From assembly GCA_009103225.1 (NCBI GenBank), contig RHPI01001737.1, positions 735,646 to 799,645 of the forward strand: DNA of 64,000 nucleotides, given 5' to 3'. Position 1 is the stretch's first letter. Every line of letters starts with the position of its first letter. The stretch comes from Chlorokybus atmophyticus (lineage: Eukaryota > Plantae > Mesostigma and Chlorokybus algae). The position numbers and the translations under genes are program-made. The notes under the pieces are model-generated. The model did no database searches. It was not told the DNA's origin and saw nothing but the letters and a program-made list of their open reading frames with translations. Positions 1-9,998 of this stretch are shown one piece after another.

Positions 1-1560
1 CTGTGACATGCTATGTAAGGAAGGTGACATGGCACGCAGTTCACCATGTTGTCTTTCAACCTTTTGCCATTCTGACCAAGTGGCTGCCATGCGATAGGCA
101 AAGTCCCCTGTTTGAAACCACTGTTGGCGCTCCTTGTAGAAGCCGCTCCGCACGCGCTCGTAGCGCAGAATGTCGTGGTGCTGTGCGATGCGCAGGTTGA
201 AGGCCATCGGGACGGTGTGCTCAAACAGCGTGGCGCGTGTGGTAATGTCGTAATGCATCCAGTCGGCATCGTCGAGGTTGTTCACCACACGGTCTATTTC
301 CTGCTGTGCACGAAAGGGAAGCAATGGCGGACACCCGAACAGCAGGTAGTATGGCTTGTACTCATGTAGAGCCGCCTGCTTTGACAATCGGTATCCAAGA
401 GCCATCCACGGAAGGTGGTCGTCCCATGTGTTCTTCTCATACTCCAGCACGTACTTGCGGAGTGCCTTCTTGATGGTCTGTATTGTCCGCTCGGCGAGAC
501 CGTCGGCTTGAGGGTCGTCACGCGAAGTGCGGCGATAATCGATGTAGCATCTGTCCAATAGGGTGTCAAACTCCCCTATGAACTCAGTTCCCTGGTCGGT
601 GATGACCTCAGCGCAGCTGCCGAACCGGCTGAGGACATGGGAGAGGAAGGCTTGAGACACCCCCCTGCTGCTCTTGTCGGGTAGTGGCACCAGCTCCACC
701 CATTTAGAGAAGTGCTCGACTATGACCAGGATGTAGCGGTTGCCACGTGCCGAGGGTGCCAAGTCTCCCATGTTTACATACACACGTGCAGGTGACACGC
801 CAACAACATCAACACAAGAGCATGACTGCTACTGCCATTAATGTCATACAAGTCCAAGGGTTTTATACCCCGCCAGTTTTTATACACGTCTACATTTGCA
901 AGCACCGCGTGTACAATACTCAGCCTTTCAACGCGCTCTATGTTTTGCTGTTCAGCTCACGACTAGAGCTTTTCAACAAGCTAAGCCACGCCTGCTAAGC
1001 TTATGTAGCCACAAAGCTACGCGGTTTCTCCCGACGCTCTACTCAGCATCTGGTCCGGAATCCGTCCTGGCTCGACCGTCTTGCTAAGTCCGGAGTCGAA
1101 GTGCTCAACCCATACCTTCAACTCTCGACTCCTGTGTGGAGGGCAAGCTGATCGGATACAAGCATCACTCATGTGATACCTTCAACATCCCAAGATGTCG
1201 AGTCCCCAGCGATAGAACAGACCGGAGAGGGGGCAAGGTGGCGCTGCGTGTACTGAGGCTGGCGCGTACCATGTCACACTATTGGCAGCGACTGATGAAC
1301 CCCTGCACCTGTTTTTACAGCCCATACCACCAATATTGCGCCCTTGCCAGGCTGACGGTGCGCTCGACACCAAAGTGTCCAAGCTTAGTGTGGAGGGCAG
1401 CGATGATGCCCTCGCATGTGGTTGGTGTCGGCACCTCCTTGTCCTTGTCATGGATGCGGCGGTACACTTTGTCATCCGCCCATCGAAAGTGGCAGGTGCG
1501 TTGACTGACACGATCTTTCTCTCGTGCACTCATGTTAGAAGGAAGCTGGCCACTTTAAAG
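1..1560 (-). pseudogene. Integrase (H2C2 zinc + rve core + C-terminal region), interrupted by a solo LTR (copy 1)
   Basis: LHTKLGHFGVERT...YWW, EHFSKWVELVPL, TDQGTEF; colinear with 27440-28500. Confidence 0.9.
771..1187. mobile_element. Solo LTR of an unrelated family inserted in copy 1 integrase
   Basis: 417 bp, TGTT...AACA termini, flanked by the direct repeat TCCCA (766-770 and 1188-1192); absent at the homologous site in copy 2 (~27745). Confidence 0.88.
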
Positions 1561-1849
1561 GAAGGAGAATGATGGCTTGTCCAGCCATATGTTCTGCCTG
1601 GTGGGTGCCAGCTCGGTGTCGTCGACTTCAATGTCGACCGCGTGGACGTCCCTTAGGGGTGTGATCACTGTGGGGTCGGCAGACTCAAAGGCAGGAATCT
1701 CCTCTATTGTTGAGGTGGTGTTGATCTGGCGCCCTGACCGTAGCGCGGCAACAGCAAACATGGCCGCCACGGTGGGAGCTGTTGCTGCGGGGCCGAGCTC
1801 GTGCCGAGCTCCGGTTGCATCGTTGGTACTGCGGGGAGGGTTGCGACTG

Positions 1850-2240
1850 AGACCATCAATGTCGTGATTGGTGAGGCCGGCGCGGTGGTCGATCTCGAAG
1901 TCATACTCCTGCAGCAATAGGGCCCAGCGAGCAAGTTTCCCTGTCAAATGTTGGTTGGTCATCAACCACTCAAATGGCTGATAATCGGTGATCAGCTGAA
2001 ATTGTTTATAAAAGAGGACAGGTCTGAAGAAGGAGATAGCCCATACTGCAGCGAGGCACTCCCCCTCGTAGCTGCTGTGGTTGGCCTCAGCGCTGTTGTT
2101 GCTTCGGCTGGCGTACGACACCACCCGCTCCTTCTTGTTCTCATCGTGCTGTACCAGCACAGTCCCCATCTCAAGCTTGCTCCAGTCGGTGTGGAGGATG
2201 AAGAGCTTGTTGTAGTCAGGACGTTACAAGATGAGATCGG
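1850..2240 (-). pseudogene. Ty3-type RNase H (copy 1)
   Basis: TDWS..MGTVLVQ, YASRS, ECLAAVWAI, TDYQP, LARWALLLQEYDF motifs. Confidence 0.93.
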
Positions 2241-2255
2241 TGGTGAGCCTGCCCT

Positions 2256-3130
2256 TTAGCTCCTGAACGCCTGTTGTTGTGGCTCCCTCCACGCAAACTT
2301 CACTTCTTTCTTTAGAAGCTCGTTGAGGGGTCGCGCGATCTTTGCGAAGTCCTTCACGAACCGGCAATAGTAGTTGGCCAGGCCCAGAAAGGCGCGTAGG
2401 CGCGTAAGGTCTGTGGGAGCAGGGATAGCCGCCAAGGCCTTCACCTTTGCCTGCTGTACGTACACACCGTGGGGCACAATCATGTGCCCTAGGTAGGGTA
2501 CCTTGCGAGTGAGGAAGGTGCACTTGTCGGGGTGCACTGCCATCCCTACCCTGTTGAGTCTCTCCAGCACTTCTTCAATGTGCTGTAGGTGCTCTTCGTT
2601 GCTGCGGCTAAAGATGAGAACGTCATCAATATAGCATCGTGCGAAGTTCAGCCCCTTCAAGGCCTTGTCCATGACGCGCTGAAACTTGGCAGGAGCATTT
2701 TGTGGTCCGAACAGCATGACCTTCCACTGGTACAGCTGTCGGTTGCCCCAGAAAGAGGTCTTGTGCTTATCCGCCTCCATGATGGCGATTTGATTGTACC
2801 CTTGTCGCATGTCCAGGATACTGAAGACAGTACATTCTCCTACATCATTAAAGATACCCTCTGCAGTAGGCATTGGACACCTGTCTTATTTGATTTTGTT
2901 GTTGAGGGGGCGATAGTCGCCGCTCATACGCCGGTCTGTCCAGTTGCTTGCTAAATTCTTCTTCAGGGGCATGACAGTCGCGGCCGCAAAGTCCGATGTG
3001 GACTCCTCAATCAGGCCAGCATCTAGCAGAGCCTCGCACCTCTACTCCACCAAGTCTTCTTCCAACTTAAAGAGGCGGTAGTGTCGCTAAAACACCGGTT
3101 CGGTGTCCACCAACTTAATGTCCATTTGGT
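2256..3130 (-). pseudogene. Gypsy reverse transcriptase (copy 1)
   Basis: LDMRQGYNQI, MLFGPQNAPAKFQR, CYIDDVLIFS, LRAFLGLANYY motifs. Confidence 0.95.
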
Positions 3131-3419
3131 AAACTGAGCAAACGCCCAGTTACTTCTCACTGAAGCTGAACTGACTCCTCCACTTGTTGAGGAGAGCCTT
3201 AAGTTGTTCTCGCGTCTGGCCTGTAGCCAGTAGTCCAATGGCATGGGACCAAGAGGTAGCGTTGGCGATTACTGGGATGTCCTCCACAGTGACTGCTGCC
3301 TGCTCCTCCATATGGGCGATTTCGAGGGCGGTATGTGCCGCTTTGGTCTCTTGCACGCGATCGGCCCACCCCCGCCAGGTGTTCGAGCTCCTGGAAGAAC
3401 ACATGGCGGTTTTGGAGAG

Positions 3420-4410
3420 CAAAGCATATTTTCAATAACCATACCATGCTGTTCTGGTCCATAGCGCGTCCCAATAGTTGGCATTGCTGACTGTCGGTCA
3501 GCGTGGAACCTGTAATACAACCTGGAGAGAAGCCCATGGCGCATTCGCGCTCACGTGCGTTGGGTTCCTCTAGTTGGCCTGTGTTGGAATCCAACATCAT
3601 GCCTTCGTCGTGGTTGCGAAAGGCGTATGATCCTGGGTAAGACACCAGAGTGGGGAGCGCACGACGTGGTTGACCAGGCTGGTTGCACTGGTAGACTTGC
3701 CGGTGATCGTGTCGGGTGACTAGTTGTAATGTGCGCCCAAAGTCAAAGGTAGCGTCGACGGTCAGATCGTGTGGACGACTGCTGTGCAGATATTCAATAG
3801 CAAAGAGATCCTGGACTGTAGCAAGGTTGGTCCACTTGGCGCAGACGCAATGAGCACGGGAGCCATGCCGCGATGCGTTGAATCTGAGAGGATGTCCCAG
3901 TAAGGAACACACCTGTCGAAAGCTGTTGGCCACGTGATGGCGCTTATCGTCCTTGGAGTGCACATTCTCGATGATGTATCCTGGATGCCTGGACAGCTGA
4001 CTGCTCTGCAAAATTTTGATGACACGTCAGTTCCTGAACAGTCGTGAGCGAGGATCAGCGAGTCCTTGACCGCTGCTTGCTCTAGAGTGTCCTTGACACT
4101 CCCATGCTATCAGCAGGTCGATGTTGCCCACCGCTAAGAGGTGATCCGTAGTGATTAAATGGATGTCCTATGGAAGTGCCTTCAGACTGCCTTGCAGTGT
4201 CGATATCGGCAGTTGCTGCGGGTAGCGGTTGTGTAGGTGGCGCAGGTGGTGGCCTAGGGCAAGCTGTGCGTGTGGATTAGAGTCACATTAGAAGTACTTG
4301 GTGACCGTCCCGCCGGTGTTGAGGACAGCGGCGAGGCCACTACCTATTCCTCCAAATAGTTCCAACACCGTGATGCCTTATTGTCGACGGAATACGTGAA
4401 ACTCCACTTC
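3420..4410 (-). pseudogene. C5 cytosine DNA methyltransferase domain, DNMT3-like, inside pol (copy 1)
   Basis: Motif I VLELFGGIG (~4345-4370), motif IV DLLIA-WECQGHS (~4085-4120), motif VI YIIENV (~3960-3980), motif VIII-like AHxxxxxWTNL, C-terminal EPNARERECAMGF...LLGRAMD; several in-frame stops. Confidence 0.88.
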
Positions 4411-4699
4411 TCAAGTAGCCACCTGGTGTTGCTTCTGGACCGCAGCTTGGTCCTTGTAGAGAGGGAACCGTGAAGTGAGCCGTGGTCTGGTCACTAGTAG
4501 ATGTGGTACCACCTGTGCGCGTCAGCGGCGTTCCGCTGGTTTCTGGTGGGCCACTTCTTTGGTGGCATCTTCCTAAGACTCGTCGTATGGGATAGGTGAG
4601 TCTTGGTCAGAGTTGTTGGTGACCACCGCAGATGATCTGTCAATGGTTGTCGAACCCGACTTGTGGGTGGCTGTCGCAGCTGACCTGTTAGTGATTGTC

Positions 4700-5160
4700 G
4701 ACAACGACCTGTAGGTGGCTGTTGCAGCTGACCTGTGGTGGGAGCGAGTGCGAGCCACCAGCTCGAGAGGCGGATATCCTTGAATCTCTCCGTCCTTCTG
4801 ATCCCAATGAGGACGAAACCATGCCTTCACTATCCAGCGGTCCAGCCCCATGCCAACAGGGAAGTTGAAGTCTTGTCCCAACAATAGGTCAAAGGATCCT
4901 GCATCGGTGATCACACACTTTTGTATGACCTCGGTGCTGTGGGACGGGTTTACTCTTGTCAAGCAAATGCAGAGGGCTTGCTTGAAGATGCCAATCACCT
5001 TGTCACGACTGCCAGTTGCGGTGTCGAGCACGTATGGGCACGGCATCAGCTCAGCGCTGGTGATGCCAAGGTCACATGCGAGGTAATGTCCAATGATGAC
5101 AGGCTGGGCTGCGGAGTCCAGCATTACACGCTTGGGTGCTCGTCCATTGATAGTGACATC
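4700..5160 (-). pseudogene. Retropepsin-like aspartic protease (copy 1)
   Basis: RVMLDSAAQPVIIG (LDSGA-like active site) and later FDLLLGQDF motif in ORF 4573..5181. Confidence 0.8.
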
Positions 5161-7339
5161 CTTGCCTTGATTGACGATCATGGCTGCGTTAGCGTGGATG
5201 CGCAGCTGCTTAAATCGTCGGTAGCGTGTGCGTGGGGTGACTGCTGCTGCAGTCTCCTTCGGTGGTGTCGAGCCCAGTGCGGCAAGCGCCCCTCGACCAG
5301 CTGGGTCTTGAGAATCTCCTTAATCGCGGCCTGGCCCGAACCGTCCTTGTCTTGGCTGTTGATAAACACGCTGTGGCCTGATTGCTAGCGGTGCTGCCTG
5401 TGGCTGCCCTGGTTGTGGCGCAGGGGGATTGCGCCTCTATGTGGCCGGGGTTATTCCTGGCGGTGTAGCGGTGGCTGTTGGGGAAACCCTGGAGGATCGG
5501 GTCTTTGTGGGCCCGTCTCCCGTGCAGCCTGTTCTTCCACATAAGTGCAGCGTACTGCATGAGCTACCTCCCTGACCAGTGTACCTTCCCATGTAGCTGT
5601 TGGGTTGTTGACCACGTCACTTCAGCGGTGATTCTAAGGCATGGGCTGGAGATACACTGCGCGCAGGAGCCGCGCTCTCAGGTCGTGGGTGATGGTGGGA
5701 ACCCTTAAGATCCCTGCCATGTAGGCATCCCATCTGCCGTTGACCACCCCCACTTCCAGCACCGTTGTTGCTCGCGCCCGCACAGTGAGGTAAATCTCTG
5801 GCTCTTGGATATGCTGCTCGTAAGCAGCTGCGATGCGTCTTTGTTGCCGCGCTGCTTCCACCCCTGGCAACCTCAGTATTGCCTCTTGTGCTCCTTCTAA
5901 GGTGTCAGTGGCTGACGAGGCAACCTCGTCATAGGCTTGCCGTAGCGAGCGCAGGAAGGCGTCCAACTAGAACAATCCGGTGCCGAATGCGAACAGGGGG
6001 ACTACGGGGTGATAAGTGACTAGCCAAGTCACCAATCTTGCTCGAGCTGCATTACCACCTTCCCGCATCCCCAAAATCCGTCTCAGGCCGATGCCTTCTT
6101 GTCGTTGCAGTATGGTTGCTTATCGCAACAAGGGAGTGCGAAGTTGCTGTTCCCCGATTGAACCTGCTCCATCTTGTTGTGTTCACCCTTGCGGTGTGAG
6201 GTAGCCTCTCCCTGAATCCCGTTGATCATCAGGCAAGTCTTCCAACAAGGCGGGTAGCAGCGGGGCGATCACCCGCCTGGTTTGTTGGGCCAGCGCCCTC
6301 GTCTAATCAATGTCGGGCCCACCACGACGAGAGGTCGTACTGGATGATGGGCCAGCAACTGTGGGTTGAAGAACGCCAGCACGAGCATTGATAAAGACGT
6401 GCGCTCTTGTATCGATTGCTGCCGCTTCAGCTCGTCGCCAGGTGAACGCCTATTCCAGTGCGGCGTAGCGCTCATGAAGTCGAACGGTATTAAGAGGCCT
6501 CAGTGCTTCGTTGTCACCCAAAGGCATGTTGGCTGTATCAGCGATGTGCTGTAGTATGTTGGGTTGCCGGTCTCAATGCGTGTCCAGCGGGGCTGGGCTT
6601 AAAGGGTACATGACAGACTGGTGCGGGTTGGTGTGGCGCCGTCTGCATGTTGTTATGCAAAGTCTGAAACAGCTGTAGTGCCAACTCCAGTACAACAGGT
6701 ATCCTGACTACAGAGACATAGTCTCTGATGGGAGGCGCCGTGCCGGCGAGAACTTCATCCTCCAGTTGCCGCTGAGTCTGTTTTAGCAGCGTGTGGTATT
6801 CAGGCAGTGGGAAGACTCGGTCACTGCGTTCAATGCGTGTGGTGCGCTCCCCTCCGCGCCTAAAGGCAATGGTAGTTGGATTTGCTCCACGCATGATGGT
6901 TTCTCAAGCTTGCTCAGCTTGCTGACCTCGCGGGACAGTTTGAGTGTCGTCGAGGGCGGGCAATATAACTGCGCGTGTCGCTGCAATGGCAGCAGGCTTG
7001 ACGATGGCACTGCCGGTGGTGGCGAGAGTGCCGCTCAGTAACGCGAGAGTGGTTTCGACGCTTGCTGACACAGGTGGTCCTGCAGTTGAAGCGGGACCGG
7101 TGCGACCTACTGCTGCAGAATCGATGACAGCAGTGGCTGGTGCCAGCGTGCTTACCAGTGTTGGCGCTACGGTGCTCACAGGTATACTTAGTTCTGATGA
7201 AATTGGAGCAGTTGCTGCTGACGTTGACAGAGTTGCCGTCGAAGCCGGTGTAACAATTGCAAGTGGTGCAGTACCACTGGTGGCTTCAGAGAAGCTGGCT
7301 GCTGACGATGTTGCGGCGTCCCCTCGAACTCGTCGGGAT

Positions 7340-9181
7340 GGTTGAATACGCGACGGAGTGCTGGTGTCTCTCGTGCGTTTTGGAGCCATCAGTGCCCACT
7401 GGGCAGAGTAGCAGGCGTGGTAACCCTGCTCCTTGTCTTCCTCCAAGCGTGCCATACGCGCCATGAGGGCAGCCATATGGTCATCAGCTGGCGGGTTGGC
7501 TGGAGCCTTGGCGGCCACAGCAGCAGCACGCGGACGTCCTTGCAGTCCCTTGCGCTGAAGAGGGCAATTGCTCCCCCTGTAGCCTTGCTCTTCCTTGCGA
7601 GCATTGGCGTAGTTGTTGGTGTTGTGATGGCCTCCGGTGTAATTGCTGTTGTAGCCACCAGAGTTGTTGCCGTTGCGGCCTCCAGTGTTGTTGATGTTGT
7701 AGCCACCAGAGTTGTTGCCGTTGCGGCCTTCAGTGTTGTTGCTGTTGTAGCCACCAGAGTTGTTACCATTGTAGCTGTTGACGGGTCTCAGGAAACTTGA
7801 GCCAGCAAACTATCTCCAAGTAGTCCGTCTTGTGATAGTAGTCGCGGACCAGGGTTGAGTACTCTTTGGTGCACTCTTTGTGGTAGTGCCCATGCCGTCC
7901 ACAGCGATGACATAGCACAGAAGCAGGCAAAGCAGTATGAGCTGACCGTTTCCCTTTGTCGCGTGCTGATGGAGCGTCCCGGCCACGTTCGCGGCGAGGA
8001 GGCTTTGTAGTTGTGCTGGCTACAGGCCGTGAAGCAATGCGGTTGGTGTCCAGCACTGCCTTCTCATATACCAAGCGCTTATCGATGGCTTGTGCAGTCT
8101 CGAAAGCTTCCTTGAGTGTGTAGACAAGGGGCTTGCTGTAGTTCAGGGTCAGGCGCGTCAACTCGCTCAGGGTGGCATCCAACTCATTGGCATACACCAC
8201 TGCAGCCGCCTTGTCACGGACAATCTTGTAGTCAGTGTCCTTCAGCAGCCCTTCCAGTCTGGAGTACAAGCTTAGGGGGTCCTCGTTGGGCTTGCGCCGG
8301 AACCGCCTCAACTCCTCCACTTTGCTAGTGGTCTGCGGTGAGAAGGTGCGACGAAGTGCAGCGTATAGATCCTTGAGTGAAGAGTCAGAGATGGCAGCAC
8401 CTACAGTAATGGCTGGTGTGCGCAGTGTGACTGACCCGAGGGTGAAAGCACTGCCTCCCGCACGAGAGCCAGGTGTTGCCAAAGGTAGGGGTGTGCCCAC
8501 CTCAACGGCTGCAGTTCGTTGTTCTTCAAGGATGGCAGCAGAACGGTCAAGGATGCGGGCCCATCGCGCGGCCATCTTGATCTCAATCTCTGCAGGGGTC
8601 AGGTTGACGATCACAAACCCAGGTTCCTCCTCCATTGCTCTATTAATGGCTGCCGCTATGGACAACCCGGTGACTGCAGCGGGAGTGGCAGGTGGAAAGA
8701 CGGATGCTGGACTGTGCAGTGACGCAGATGCTATGGTACTGGCGAGCTCGCCATAGCCATCAACTCGATGCAGTTCAGCAACAGACATTTAGACATCATG
8801 TGCTTCATGATCCATATACTGAGCAGCAATGTGAAAAGAGATCTCATCTAACCAGTCTTTATTCTTCAAAGCCTGCTGTCGCATCTTGGAGTGGAACTTG
8901 ATGATGAATTCGTCCAGCGAGGTGGTGCCAGCACGTCCGAAGAAGCGCAGGGACGTGGTTGAGCTGGAAGACTCCATCTCGTAGTCGTCACTGTCGGACG
9001 AGAGTGGGGAAGCTCGATGCCAAGGAGTGGACAAGAATGGAGTAAAGACGGAGACAGAACGCGAGCTTCTGCTACGATTGCTGCTCCCGTCGCTGGTCCG
9101 CTCGTAGGTGAGGTTGGAGGTTGGGCTCCAGCTGCTGTGGTCACCCTCGTCTATTGAAGAGAACGGGGTGGGCCTGATCAT
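7340..9181 (-). pseudogene. Gag with CCHC zinc knuckle and Asn/Gly-rich repeats (copy 1)
   Basis: ATG at 9181 (MIRPTPF, matching MSRPTPF at 19464); CHRCGRHGHYHKEC knuckle; 8-aa NNxGG repeats at ~7620-7780; internal stop and frameshift. Confidence 0.8.
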
Positions 9182-9998
9182 ACAGCTAGTCCACAGGTGA
9201 AAGTGTATGCAGGGTAGAGTGTGTTTGTGCTCTACTGCCTGTCTTGATGCCGATACCACTCATCTCACTAGTGCTCGTGTGTGCACTATGTGATGACAGT
9301 GATAACGAATGCACAGGGATGTGTCCCCAGATACAGAATGCACTATCTAATGCTGAATGCGACACACTTACTGGAGCAAAGAGGGTGACACTGTGAGTCG
9401 ACAAGCCACTACTATAGGTAGTGCTGTTTACACAGTTCTTTGCATGAGTGGAAAATGTGTCACGCTGTTAAGTGAGGTGAATGAGCAAGCAACACGTGGA
9501 TGCTATGCCCTAACCGATGCCAACACGCACACCGCAACCATGCACATCAAGCTCACAGCAATGACAAGCGCGGTGCACACGAGCATGCACAGGCTCTCAC
9601 ACGGTAAGGGGTTTCTTGATAACCGGGACGGCGTGTTCGTAGTTCAAGTCGCTTCACAAGCTTCTTAGCTTTCTCACTCACAGTGTCACCAGCTGATCCG
9701 GTGAACGCTGTGACTACTTATACAAGTCAAATCATGACTGTTCAGGACATAAGCTAACGGTCATAACGAGGCTATTTCCACAAAAAATCCCCACTCGATA
9801 TAGAGCACAACTTATAACTGAACTTACAACCAAACAGCTTCGCGCGGTGCCTATGTAGGCTATGGTCATGAGCTAATCTAGAGTCATGACCTAGCTATTG
9901 GTCAGTGACGAGTGCGGGTTGGTATGCTGGTAGGCCGGGCGAGGATCGATGTAGGCATGGCCGATGAAGGCTGTTAGGCGCGGGCAGTAGGCATGACA
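9182..9998 (-). repeat. 5' LTR plus leader of copy 1 (internal LTR boundary undefined)
   Basis: Non-coding, starts TG, aligns with 18651-19463 in reverse complement; similarity to copy 2 stops at ~9998. No 3' LTR is available to fix the LTR length. Confidence 0.6.

Larger units (their letters stand above)
1..9998 (-). mobile_element. Ty3/Gypsy LTR retrotransposon, DNMT-bearing family, copy 1 (degenerate; 3' end not in window)
   Basis: Minus-strand order gag(CCHC)-protease(LDS)-DNMT-RT(YIDD)-RNase H-integrase is Gypsy-type; begins TGTCATG at ~9998; colinear with the element at 18651-28760; many stops and frameshifts. Confidence 0.93.

Noticed and set aside
1-12. Copy 1 diverges from copy 2 in the last ~10 bp before the window edge (possible truncation or nested insertion before the PHD)
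   Set aside because: Too little sequence to evaluate.
9240-9720. Candidate primer-binding sites (TGGTATCGGC at ~9250; TGGTGACAC at ~9685, minus strand)
   Set aside because: Only short matches to tRNA 3' ends, not conserved in copy 2, and not clearly preceded by an LTR-terminal CA.
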